A stretch of DNA of 64,000 nt from an uncultured bacterium (lineage in GTDB: Bacteria; CAYUVA01), in contig CAYUVA010000020.1 in assembly GCA_964448115.1 (NCBI GenBank), positions 1-64,000 of the forward strand. Direction: 5' to 3'. Below, in pieces: positions 46,772-56,874 of this stretch. Both the position numbers and the translations under genes were made by a program. The notes beneath the pieces are model-generated. The model was not told the DNA's origin and ran no database searches. It saw only the letters and a program-made list of their open reading frames with translations. The stretch's first letter is position 1, and each line of letters begins with the position of its first letter.

Positions 46772-49207
46772 CTAAAATCGTATCCATCCGCCAAGCATTG
46801 GAATGATGGGCAGGTTGTAAATGGTCTCCTTCTTTGGCTCTATTCCTTCCTGCGGGTCGCCGGCATCGTAGTCCCAACCGTAGATATTGCGTTGGTTGAG
46901 CACATTCAGAATATCAATATAAGCACCCACCACCATTCGCGGATAAACCCATTGTTTTGCAAGCTTTACATCCAGGCAACTGTAAGTCGGCGTTCGTGCA
47001 GAGTTTATGGCTCCGTAGTCCGACACCCATTCTATTCCGCCTTGCTCGCCGCTGTTCTCCTCCAGGTGCCAGCCGACAACTGGTGTATATGGCTTGCCGG
47101 TATGGTACTGGTACTTGGCTGATAGCATCCACTTTCTGCCCAGGTCGAAGTTCATCACCGCACACAGGGTATGCCTTTGATCTTGCCTTGGATAGTACCA
47201 CTTGGGATTGCCAGTAAGCTCCGTGTTATTCAATGGATTGTGGCGGCGAGTGTATCCGTAACTGTATGATAACCATCCATCGAACCATTTAGAGGGTCTC
47301 TTTTGCCAAAATAGTTCTAAACCATAGGCATATCCATTCCCGGCATTCTGAAAAGGTTTGCCATCTGCGACTGCTTGGATCAGATCCTCCTCGTTGTCTG
47401 GATTGACGATAAGCTCATCCATATGTTTGTAGTAGCCCTCGATGCGAACGACATGGTCTGCCAGCAGCTTGCGTTCCCAGCCGAGTACATAGTGTATCGC
47501 CTCCTGAGAGCCTAAGTTGGGATTACCGAAGCCTTGTGCTGTCTGCAGGATATTCATGGGAAACTCCCGGTAAATACCCCAGCCAGCACTAATGGTGCCC
47601 GGGTAACCGAGATCATACTTCATGTTGATGCGCGGGCTTAAAATAAACTCCTTTGTCTCACCCCAATAATCCGCCCTGAAGCCATAGATTAGGGATACTT
47701 TTTTATTAAGCAGGCTGCAATTGTCCTGGATGAAGAATCCATGCTCCATAGCATCCAGGTCCCGCGGAACCTCGATCTTATCGAAGTTCTCATTACCCCA
47801 GTTCTCGCTGCCAGGGATATGGGTGCGGAAGTCATTTATAAGGCTTTGCAGGTCGAGCATATAATAACCGCTTTGAATACCTAGCTTTATATGGTGATTT
47901 CTTGGCAGTATATTGTAATCAATAGATATGTGCGCCAGGTCGAAATTGAGGGCAACACCATAAGGGTCGGTTCCGCTGACCGATCCCTTGGTATCCTCTG
48001 TCGAGTAGCTAAATGAGCTTTGCAGATAGGTGGTCGTCGCTGGTATCCACTTCCAGATCAGATTTGCATAGTTTCTTCTGTCCTCGAAGAAAACCTTTCC
48101 TGGCTTTTCATCCGGCTGGTTGGGGTCGGTATATTCCTCTATTTTCAATCCGTCCTTAGCGGTTAATACCTCGAATATAAGCTCGTGGTCGCCTTTGGAG
48201 CCGAGGCTGAAGCGCGCCAGGTAATCGCCATAATAGGGCACCATTATGTCCTTATTGTCTTTGCTATAGTACTTCAGGAAGTAGTCGATATAGCTCCTTC
48301 TAGCTCCGATAATATAGCTCCCCTTGCGATCGAACAGTGGACCCTCAAGAGTAAGGTCGGCGCTAATAAAGCTGATATCAGCTCGTCCCTTGAAGCGATA
48401 AAGGCTGCCGTTTCGATAGGTAACATCGATGACTCCAGAGAGCACCGGCGGGTACTGGGGTGGGAATGCCCCGGAGTAAAAATCTACCTTGTCTATTAGC
48501 TCTGTGTTGAATATAGTGATGAATCCGCCGAGATGATAGGGATTGAAAAGAGGCATCCGGTTGAGCATGAGCGCGGTCTCGTCAACATCCCCCCCTCGAA
48601 TGTACATAATAGAACTAAAGTCTCCCGAGCTTACCACGCCGGGGAAGGTCTGTATGGTCCTGGTTACATCGCCGAAGGATCCGGCAGTGCGGTCTATGTT
48701 TTCAGGGTTTATGATAAGCGAGCTGACCACCGGCTCATCGTTTATCATCTCATCTATCCGTGCCGTAACAGTTACCTGCTCTCGGTAGCGCCCGTCTAAC
48801 TCGTAAGGGCATTCAAGGAGGATCATCAGCCGGCGTCCGTTGATAATTCGCTCAGATATCTTAATTCCCGATACATGATAATCATTACACAGCCCATGTG
48901 AGATGGTCAGGTCGTAATAGCCTGCCGGCAAGTTCTCTATGCTGAACTCGCCCTTAAGGTCGGTTAGGGCTGCCACCTGGTCGATCACGAGACCAGCCAT
49001 GCTCAAGTTAAGGTCTTGAGGGGTTTCATCAGAGGGCTTAAAGCCAGTTATCGTAACCGTGCAGTCGAAAAGCGGCACCTTGTTATGTTTGGCGATCACC
49101 CTGCCGTGTATGCTTTGCCACTTAGATGCTGCTGTAACTGTGGCAATCCAGCATAAAAGCACTCCCAAGAGCAAATGCACCATGTAGTTTCTTTCATTCA
49201 TCTGCAT
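46772..49207 (-). CDS. TonB-dependent receptor with N-terminal carboxypeptidase-regulatory-like domain
   Basis: Signal peptide; plug (PGV...YIRGG...NPYHLGG); beta-barrel; C-terminal Phe. Confidence 0.9.
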   Translation of the reverse strand: MQMNERNYMVHLLLGVLLCWIATVTAASKWQSIHGRVIAKHNKVPLFDCTVTITGFKPSDETPQDLNLSMAGLVIDQVAALTDLKGEFSIENLPAGYYDLTISHGLCNDYHVSGIKISERIINGRRLMILLECPYELDGRYREQVTVTARIDEMINDEPVVSSLIINPENIDRTAGSFGDVTRTIQTFPGVVSSGDFSSIMYIRGGDVDETALMLNRMPLFNPYHLGGFITIFNTELIDKVDFYSGAFPPQYPPVLSGVIDVTYRNGSLYRFKGRADISFISADLTLEGPLFDRKGSYIIGARRSYIDYFLKYYSKDNKDIMVPYYGDYLARFSLGSKGDHELIFEVLTAKDGLKIEEYTDPNQPDEKPGKVFFEDRRNYANLIWKWIPATTTYLQSSFSYSTEDTKGSVSGTDPYGVALNFDLAHISIDYNILPRNHHIKLGIQSGYYMLDLQSLINDFRTHIPGSENWGNENFDKIEVPRDLDAMEHGFFIQDNCSLLNKKVSLIYGFRADYWGETKEFILSPRINMKYDLGYPGTISAGWGIYREFPMNILQTAQGFGNPNLGSQEAIHYVLGWERKLLADHVVRIEGYYKHMDELIVNPDNEEDLIQAVADGKPFQNAGNGYAYGLELFWQKRPSKWFDGWLSYSYGYTRRHNPLNNTELTGNPKWYYPRQDQRHTLCAVMNFDLGRKWMLSAKYQYHTGKPYTPVVGWHLEENSGEQGGIEWVSDYGAINSARTPTYSCLDVKLAKQWVYPRMVVGAYIDILNVLNQRNIYGWDYDAGDPQEGIEPKKETIYNLPIIPMLGGWIRF

Positions 49208-49297
49208 TTGTAGGTTGCAACCTTTTATTCTAGCATTTATAGGGAATGTCTTTCAAAGAGTGGATCTTGCTAATATGATAAGTTACTCTATACGCCT

Positions 49298-51751
49298 ATG
49301 AAACGCTCGCAGCCGACTTTTTTAGAATACCTGGGGCTTTTTTTGGTCTGCTTGAGCACCCTTATGTTGGAGCTGGCTTTGACCAGGATATTCTCTGTGG
49401 TCTTATGGTATCACTTTGCCTTCATGATCGTCTCGGTAGCCCTGATGGGCTTAGCTGCCGGTGGCTTGGTGGTCTATTTAAGGTTTTCGAGGGAAGAAAT
49501 CAACCTTCCCAGCTTTGCTTTGAAGTTTACAGCGCTTAGCGCTTTCAGCATCCTGGGAGTCATGTTCTTTCTGCTCAACCTCAGGGGCATCCCAACCATC
49601 TCAGCGGCCGGTTTTTTGCTCATGATGCTGGTTTATAGCCTGGTAGCTATCCCATTTTTCCTAAATGGCATGGTTATAGCTGCCATCATCGCCTCTTATC
49701 CATTAAATGTAAGCAAGCTGTATTTTGCCGATCTGTTGGGCGCAGGTATTGGTTGTATGGTCTTGATACCGATTTTGAATCAATTTGGAGGCGTCAATAC
49801 CATCTATTTCATCTGCCTGGTCCTGCTAGTTGCTTCCTTTGCATTCGCCTCTGGGATCTCGGCAAAAAAGGCTCTTCTCCCCGCGGGATTCTTCGCCTTC
49901 ATGTTCATTCTGATGCTTGGCAACGATGCTATAGGTCTTCTCAAGATAAGATACCTCAAGGGGGAGTCCGAGGCGACTAACTTTGGGACACCTTTGATAC
50001 AGAAATGGAACTCGTTCTCCCGAATAGCGGTTTATCCTTGGACTTCAGGGCTTTCATCGACCAATAGGGATAGCCCGCGGCTGGATATCAGCAAGGGCGT
50101 AGAACGGGACAGGTTCATAACCTGGGCTTTGAGCGAGCGTTATAGTGGATATTTGCCTGCTCAGCTCGCTATGAACATAGATGGGGCTGCAAATACCATG
50201 ATAAACCGCTTCAGTGGCGATATCCACGAGATGGAGTACGCCCTGTACGAGGTTACCGCCTTTGGATACTATTTGACCACTGAGCCTTTTGTTTTGATTA
50301 TCGGTCCCGGTGGAGGTCCGGATGTGTTGGCTGCCCTGCGATTCAATGCTTCCAAGATAACCTGCGTAGAGCTTAATCCGATAATATACGAGCTGGTCAA
50401 TGAAGTTTATGGCGATTTCAGCGGTCATCTATACTCGCATCCTAAAATCAACGCAATGGTCGCCGAAGGGAGAAACTTCCTTGAGCGCACCTCGGATACT
50501 TATGACTTTATCCACATCTCGCTGGTCGATACCTGGGCTGCAACCGCTGCCGGAGCATACACCCTCTCTGAGAATACCCTATATACCAGCGAGGCATTTT
50601 CTTCATATTGGGAAAGGCTCACCGACAACGGTATCCTATCCATCAGCCGCTATGTCTTCGATCCCCCACGCCAGACGCTTAGGCTTTTATCCTTGGCTTT
50701 ATCGCTACTTGAGCAGAAAGGGATACGCAATCCACAGGATCACCTGGTGATCTTCCAGCATGAGCAGATCGGCACCTTTTTACTTTGCAAATCCCCATTC
50801 AGCAAGCAGCAGGTAACCTTCATGAGACAAAGAGCCGGCGAACTTGGCTTCAAGGTGAGGCTGCTGCCCGATACCAGGTTAGCTAATGAGTTCAACGATC
50901 TTTTATACAGTAAGAACAGGCAGCGGTTTTATGCTGCCTATCCCTTTGATATCACCCCGTGCAGCGATGATAAGCCGTTTTTCTTCAATATGCTGCGCCC
51001 CAAGGATTTCCTGGGCGTGCTATTCAAGAGTCCCGGGGGGCAGCAGTTCAACTACGATGCAGTGTTTACCCTGATGGCTGTGCTCGTTATCTCATTTATC
51101 TACGCTATTTTATTGGCAACTCTTCCCTTTACACTGAGCAATGGTAGTGATTCAGGGGTTATCAGCGGGCAACTTCGTTTAATGCTTTATTATGCAGGTA
51201 TAGGCTTGGGATTTATCTTCGTGGAGATATATTTATTGCAGAAGTTGATCTTACTTTTAGGGCATCCGGTGTACTCGCTATCGGTGGTCTTGTTCTCGAT
51301 GCTCATATCGAGCGGACTGGGCAGTCGGGTTACATCTTCAGTAACCCCCGGCAAGGCGGCTTGCCTGGTAAAGATACCTTTATTGATCATCGTATTGCTT
51401 CTCATTTTATATACATGTCTCATCCCCTTTATCCAGGAAGCCTTCATAGGCAGTCCTTTATGTCTAAGGATAGCGATCTGTTTGGTGATTATTTCGATGG
51501 TCGGCTTTTTCATGGGTATGCCTTTTCCATTGGGCATCAAGATAGCCTCGCAGGGTAATTCGAGCATGATTCCTTACCTATGGGCAATAAACGGCGCATT
51601 TAGTGTTTTCGGCTCGGTGGCGGCATTTGCCCTTGCCATGAGTTTCGGTTTCAGCAGTGTCTTATACCTGTCGATAGTTATTTATTTAACTGCAATGCTG
51701 ATAAGCCTTGCTTTGTCCCCCAGCAAGACAGCCGTAGATGGCATTAATTGA
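49298..51751 (+). CDS. Membrane-embedded spermidine synthase-like / SAM-dependent transferase
   Basis: TM bundles flanking a soluble domain with IIGPGGGPD, VELNP, EGR and DDKPFF. Confidence 0.85.
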   Translation: MKRSQPTFLEYLGLFLVCLSTLMLELALTRIFSVVLWYHFAFMIVSVALMGLAAGGLVVYLRFSREEINLPSFALKFTALSAFSILGVMFFLLNLRGIPTISAAGFLLMMLVYSLVAIPFFLNGMVIAAIIASYPLNVSKLYFADLLGAGIGCMVLIPILNQFGGVNTIYFICLVLLVASFAFASGISAKKALLPAGFFAFMFILMLGNDAIGLLKIRYLKGESEATNFGTPLIQKWNSFSRIAVYPWTSGLSSTNRDSPRLDISKGVERDRFITWALSERYSGYLPAQLAMNIDGAANTMINRFSGDIHEMEYALYEVTAFGYYLTTEPFVLIIGPGGGPDVLAALRFNASKITCVELNPIIYELVNEVYGDFSGHLYSHPKINAMVAEGRNFLERTSDTYDFIHISLVDTWAATAAGAYTLSENTLYTSEAFSSYWERLTDNGILSISRYVFDPPRQTLRLLSLALSLLEQKGIRNPQDHLVIFQHEQIGTFLLCKSPFSKQQVTFMRQRAGELGFKVRLLPDTRLANEFNDLLYSKNRQRFYAAYPFDITPCSDDKPFFFNMLRPKDFLGVLFKSPGGQQFNYDAVFTLMAVLVISFIYAILLATLPFTLSNGSDSGVISGQLRLMLYYAGIGLGFIFVEIYLLQKLILLLGHPVYSLSVVLFSMLISSGLGSRVTSSVTPGKAACLVKIPLLIIVLLLILYTCLIPFIQEAFIGSPLCLRIAICLVIISMVGFFMGMPFPLGIKIASQGNSSMIPYLWAINGAFSVFGSVAAFALAMSFGFSSVLYLSIVIYLTAMLISLALSPSKTAVDGIN

Positions 51752-51814
51752 TATTATTTGAAAAAGAGATTATGTATGGTAATTATAATAATAGATATAA
51801 AAATCGGTTAGGGT

Positions 51815-53017
51815 ATGAGTCCAAAGAACAAGGATTGCATTGAGCTTTCAATAATCATCCCCAATTTTCAGTCTTCGGATCTGCTTAACGATCTTATTAA
51901 CTCCATATTATCCTCGAAATTGAGCGTCTCTTTTGAGATTAATGTTGTAAATCATGGCTATATCGACGATCTAGAGCGATGTAGAGCCAAATTTACAAAG
52001 GTGAAGTACATGAATACCGGTACAATTCATGGTTATGCCAAGCCATGCAATATCGGCTGGCGTGCAAGCTGTGGAAAGTATCTATTATTCTTAAATGCGG
52101 ATACTATTATAGAGCCTGGGACAATCAATGATATGGTTTCAGAGCTAGATAAGCATCCTGGGTGGGGAATTATAGCGCCTAGAACCAAGGTTTACCATAA
52201 GGATATGGATCTTTTTGTAACTTATATAGAAGCCCCGAGTCCGATAGAGATAGCGCTTGACCATACATTTTTTTCTAAAATAGGGGGAATCTTTCCAATG
52301 GTAAGAAAAACCTGGAGGAATTACCTGTCAAAATTGGGCGAAGATGGCACTCCCATAAGCGTGCCTTCTGTATGTGGAGCGATAATGATGGTTCGCAGAT
52401 CAATGTTCGAGGCATTAGGAGGTTTTTGCGAGGACTTCATTTCCGGCTATGATGATATTGATCTATGCAGCAGGGCAAAGAAGCATGGATATGATGTTAT
52501 CCTATTACCGAACCTGGAAGCATTTCATTACTGTGCAAGGATCAGAAGGAGGTTCTATGGCAAAGATCCGAGCAGTGAATTCTGGAGGAGTCAGAATAAC
52601 ATGCATCTTAAATATATTCATAACAATTACGGATATATACCGTATTTACTGCTTAAACTATTCTTAAGATTAAATGATATTTTCATCGATATTTTTAATG
52701 ATTCGAGGGGAGCAAGAAATACTAATCTATATTACTTAAAGGATCTTGTCCCTCTAGAGTCGATCATTTTATCTTGGCATGATGAAGCTAAAAAAGATAT
52801 AAATAAGTTTATACTTGAGATATCACACTCCAGGTTATTTTATTCCAAAATGCACACCATAATAGAAGATAAACAATTTGAAATGAATCGAGAACTACTT
52901 GAGGGCATGCTACCTAAAAGGTACTACTGGCGAGTATTCGGAATGATTAATAACCGACCGATTTTAAAGCCAATCAAGGTTGGCTGGTTCTTTCCTTATA
53001 AAAAAGAAAGTGCTTAA
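51815..53017 (+). CDS. GT2 glycosyltransferase with extra C-terminal beta-sandwich-like domain
   Basis: SIIIPN, GYAKPCNIG, FLNAD, GAIMMVRR and GGF...DDIDLC; tail with LSW...YYWRV. Confidence 0.85.
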   Translation: MSPKNKDCIELSIIIPNFQSSDLLNDLINSILSSKLSVSFEINVVNHGYIDDLERCRAKFTKVKYMNTGTIHGYAKPCNIGWRASCGKYLLFLNADTIIEPGTINDMVSELDKHPGWGIIAPRTKVYHKDMDLFVTYIEAPSPIEIALDHTFFSKIGGIFPMVRKTWRNYLSKLGEDGTPISVPSVCGAIMMVRRSMFEALGGFCEDFISGYDDIDLCSRAKKHGYDVILLPNLEAFHYCARIRRRFYGKDPSSEFWRSQNNMHLKYIHNNYGYIPYLLLKLFLRLNDIFIDIFNDSRGARNTNLYYLKDLVPLESIILSWHDEAKKDINKFILEISHSRLFYSKMHTIIEDKQFEMNRELLEGMLPKRYYWRVFGMINNRPILKPIKVGWFFPYKKESA

Positions 53018-53020
53018 AAA

Positions 53021-54193
53021 ATGAATAAAATTGCAATTGAAAAGCTAAAAAGGGGGCTAAGTAAGCCCCAGATCATCAAGAATAAAATCAAGCAGAGGTT
53101 TAAATTCCTGGGTTTGGACTATAGGTGGGGCAAGGGCTATTCCTTTTTACCCACAGTGATATTTCATTCTCCGACGCTAAGGTGCAATATCAGTTGCATT
53201 TACTGCAATATTCCCCAGGAGTCACAAAGGGTTAGAATAGATGGTGCCCGGCACTACGCTGAGGAGCTAGAGTGGGAAAAAATGGATCAGGTTTTGGAGA
53301 ATTATTCCTTTTTCAAGCCGAATGTGAATATCAGCGGAGGAGAACCATTGCTTTATCCACATATAATAAAGATGCTTAGAAAACTGGCATTAGAGAAGAA
53401 TTTATGCGTCAATCTCTCGACAAACGGTGTTCTCCTTGCTGATATTGCAGACGAAATACTGAACAGCGGCATTACCAGTTTAATAATATCCATTGATGGC
53501 ATCGGCGAACAACATGATAAGGCAACCATGAAGGGAACCTTTGGTAGAGTCATGAATGGCATTGACCGCGTTAAAATACTTTTAAGCCGTAGCAATGGAT
53601 TGTATCTCAACCTGGTTAGTATTTCGGTAATAAACCAACATAATTATATGAATCTACTTGAACTAGTAAAAGAGCTTCATAAGATGGGATTCAAAAAGAT
53701 TCAGCTTCATCATCGAGGTTTTGATCAGGGATATCTAGTTGAAAAACACAATCGAGTTTATGATGATCCTTTGCTTTACAAGGGATGGATACATGGCGGA
53801 ATCACAGCAGAGGAGCAAAATAAGCTGATAGATGTTGATATTCTATATCACAATCTAAGGGAGGTTGAAAGATTTGCTGAGGCAAAAGGGATTTATTTGA
53901 ACATTGTACCCAATCTGACTAAAGAGGTGATGGAAAGGTTATATCAAGAGCCTAGCCAACTTAAACCAATAGGGAATGGTTGCAAGATTCTATGGCATGT
54001 GGCTTATATAATGCCCAACGGACAAGTATTTCCCTCCCTTTGGTGTTTTTTCCACCCGCTTGGGTCACTTTTAGAATCGAGGTTTTGTAAAATTTGGAAC
54101 AATGAGGAATATCGTAAAATTCGGCGTTATCTTGTGAAAGAGGGTTATTTTGATATCTGTGGTGTTTGTCTAATCTCTCACGGCGCCTGTTAA
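53021..54193 (+). CDS. Radical SAM protein with SPASM/Twitch domain
   Basis: CNISCIYC, SGGEP, STNG, ISIDG; C-terminal C...C...CGVC. Confidence 0.9.
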   Translation: MNKIAIEKLKRGLSKPQIIKNKIKQRFKFLGLDYRWGKGYSFLPTVIFHSPTLRCNISCIYCNIPQESQRVRIDGARHYAEELEWEKMDQVLENYSFFKPNVNISGGEPLLYPHIIKMLRKLALEKNLCVNLSTNGVLLADIADEILNSGITSLIISIDGIGEQHDKATMKGTFGRVMNGIDRVKILLSRSNGLYLNLVSISVINQHNYMNLLELVKELHKMGFKKIQLHHRGFDQGYLVEKHNRVYDDPLLYKGWIHGGITAEEQNKLIDVDILYHNLREVERFAEAKGIYLNIVPNLTKEVMERLYQEPSQLKPIGNGCKILWHVAYIMPNGQVFPSLWCFFHPLGSLLESRFCKIWNNEEYRKIRRYLVKEGYFDICGVCLISHGAC

Positions 54194-54209
54194 TAAAGGT
54201 ACAATCATA

Positions 54210-55718
54210 ATGCGAATTATATTCATCTGCTGGGGAACTAGCTTAACGCAACTTGGTTCAAGATATTTGTCATCAGTGGCAAAACTGCATGGACATACCT
54301 CGACCATACTTTTTATACCCAAAACAGGAAAAGGATTACTAGAGTTGGTAGAGCATGAAATTATCCTAAAGTTCATAAAGGATTGGGAACCTGATCTTAT
54401 AGCATTTTCAGTGCTTACATTACATTTTGAGAGCTGTCGAAACCTTTGTAATTATCTGCGTAACTATTTGGATATTCCTATTATCTGGGGAGGAGTTTGT
54501 CCCACCTTGAATCCAGAGCTTTGTATCCCTTGTGCGGATGCTGTTTTTATTGGTGAAGGTGAGATTCCGCTTGAAAAGTCTATTCAAGCCTTGCAGGGAA
54601 ATTTGAATATAAAAGATGTCCCCAATATAGTTTACATGCGGGATCAGACTCCTGTATATAATGCCCTATATCCACCTCCCCACATAGATGACCTTCCTTT
54701 TCCAGATTATGATTCTCCGAGTCATTACATTCTTATGGATCGAGTAGTTAATCGCTTGAGTCTTGAAATAGAAAAGTATTTCGTGCCATTGAACATGAAT
54801 GCACACTATATAATGAGCAGTCGAGGATGCTTGTACAATTGTAATTACTGCATGGGACATATTCAAAACAATAAATTGAAAGCTGGTTACAGAGCTCGCT
54901 CCATTGAATCAATGCTCAAGGAAATGAAGTTGATAAAGCAAATGCGTCCTCAGATCAAGTATTTCGGTATAGTGGATGAATTCATTCTTCACCGAGGAGC
55001 TGAATGGGCAAAAACATTTAAAGATATATATAGAAAAGAGGTTGGTTTACCATTTTCTGCATATATGGCAATCAAAAATGTGGATGTAGAGGGATTGGAT
55101 CTGATGATAGAGGCTGGATGTTATGGAATAACCCTGACCATAGGATGTATATCTGACAGAATAAACAAGGATATCTTCCAGCGTCCGGTGGAAATATCTC
55201 AAGTAGAAAAACTTATCGAGATCATAAATAAACGCCGAGATAAAATACATTATCTTTGTATAGATTACCTTACGGATAATCCTTTCGAGAATGTGCAAGA
55301 TAAAAAGAAAATGATTCAAACCCTATTAACAGTAAAACGACCATTTAGAACTGTACGAATAAATTTGATGTTCTATGAAGGCATGAGGATTGTTGAACAG
55401 GCAAAGGCACATCGTATTTCAGATATCGATACCCGCATTCAGGCAACCTTTAATCGTACCATCTTTGATGACCAAAAGGATACATTCTCACGGATGCTTC
55501 TGGTTTTACCTAAATCTCCCCATTTTATTGCCAAATTGCTGGCTGGCACCTATGGAAGCAGATTGGGAGATATTCTAATACATATTTATTACCCTGTCTG
55601 GAGGATTATTGGCGGTTTAATAAGAAGATCAAGATGGCATACTTTAAGGATTTATAATATCTTTAAGCCGTTTTCACTCGATTCCCAAAAAGACATAACC
55701 TTATCGCATTGGTTTTGA
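54210..55718 (+). CDS. Cobalamin-binding radical SAM protein
   Basis: IIWGGVCPT and GEGE B12-domain motifs; SRGCLYNCNYC. Confidence 0.9.
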   Translation: MRIIFICWGTSLTQLGSRYLSSVAKLHGHTSTILFIPKTGKGLLELVEHEIILKFIKDWEPDLIAFSVLTLHFESCRNLCNYLRNYLDIPIIWGGVCPTLNPELCIPCADAVFIGEGEIPLEKSIQALQGNLNIKDVPNIVYMRDQTPVYNALYPPPHIDDLPFPDYDSPSHYILMDRVVNRLSLEIEKYFVPLNMNAHYIMSSRGCLYNCNYCMGHIQNNKLKAGYRARSIESMLKEMKLIKQMRPQIKYFGIVDEFILHRGAEWAKTFKDIYRKEVGLPFSAYMAIKNVDVEGLDLMIEAGCYGITLTIGCISDRINKDIFQRPVEISQVEKLIEIINKRRDKIHYLCIDYLTDNPFENVQDKKKMIQTLLTVKRPFRTVRINLMFYEGMRIVEQAKAHRISDIDTRIQATFNRTIFDDQKDTFSRMLLVLPKSPHFIAKLLAGTYGSRLGDILIHIYYPVWRIIGGLIRRSRWHTLRIYNIFKPFSLDSQKDITLSHWF

Positions 55719-55724
55719 TAGTTA

Positions 55725-56858
55725 TTAAACATAATCCTCGAAAAGCCATCTTCTCCCACATTCTGGACAGCGATGCATCCCCATTTCAAGTATTTTCTGA
55801 TTGAGGGTGGGTAACATCTTTTTGCTCCAAATATCGACCAAATTATCCTCCAAAATATTACCCCATATTATATTCAAATTATCACAACAAGTTCCCACAT
55901 CTCCATTATGATGGATATAAATATATTCAATAGGACTATCCTGATACAGTCGTAACTTGATGTTCTTTGACCTCCAATATGGCAGCTTCCTTTTAATTTT
56001 ATTTATAATTAACTTATGGAACCTTGGTCCAAGCTGCTGTGATTTACATATAAATCTATTATATACTTGTATATAAATGTCCTTCTTGGATGTGTAAAAA
56101 GAATTAAGATATATCAACTGATTTATGTATTTAGGTCTAAACGATCTGTATTTGGCTGGATAGTTGTTGTCAAGTAATTTGGGAAAGCTAAGGTTCACGC
56201 CCAATTTCCTTGCCAGTTTTACCGCCTGTGAAATAGCATCAAAGGTCTCCTCTTGTGAAGGATGGCTTAAGGTTTCATCGCTGAATTCAGTGCGTCTAAA
56301 ATATGTGATGGTTACCTTTTCCACATTGTATCGATGTGCCAATGCAACGAGCTTGGGGGCTTGATCTATATTGATATTCATCCCAACCATATTGAACCAC
56401 AGCTTAGGATAATCGATTCCCATGGTTAGCTTTTTGTTTTTTATAATTTCTATTTTATGAAGAATCTCACTAAGTTGGGAAGGGTGTCTTATCCGCTGGT
56501 AAAGACCATCCTCTGCTGCATCTAATGAGATGGTAAGGAAATCTAGCCTGATGTCTAGCAGTTTATCTATCAACTGCTCATCAAGCATGGTGCCATTGGT
56601 ATATATTCTTAAAGATAATCCATGTCGTTTTATCTTGGTAAGAAAATCGATAGTATTGGGATTTAAGAAAGGCTCTCCCGTACCAACAATGACAATCTCG
56701 TAAAGATAGGGGAATACTGGGAGCAGCCTATTGAATACCTCTGGGGTCATCATTCCCTTTTTTATCTTGGGATCTGGATTAGGGCACATCGGACAGTTTA
56801 AATTACAGATGCTTGAGGGATCGAGCATCATCCTCTTGGGAAAAAATAGATCTTGCAT
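55725..56858 (-). CDS. Radical SAM protein with SPASM/Twitch domain
   Basis: CNLNCPMC, GTGEP, TNG, ISLD; NGDVGTCC...CPEC. Start placed at ATG 56858 (AAGGA RBS), just after the pfkA stop. Confidence 0.88.
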   Translation of the reverse strand: MQDLFFPKRMMLDPSSICNLNCPMCPNPDPKIKKGMMTPEVFNRLLPVFPYLYEIVIVGTGEPFLNPNTIDFLTKIKRHGLSLRIYTNGTMLDEQLIDKLLDIRLDFLTISLDAAEDGLYQRIRHPSQLSEILHKIEIIKNKKLTMGIDYPKLWFNMVGMNINIDQAPKLVALAHRYNVEKVTITYFRRTEFSDETLSHPSQEETFDAISQAVKLARKLGVNLSFPKLLDNNYPAKYRSFRPKYINQLIYLNSFYTSKKDIYIQVYNRFICKSQQLGPRFHKLIINKIKRKLPYWRSKNIKLRLYQDSPIEYIYIHHNGDVGTCCDNLNIIWGNILEDNLVDIWSKKMLPTLNQKILEMGMHRCPECGRRWLFEDYV

Positions 56859-56874
56859 ATCCTTTTTCGTCTGG

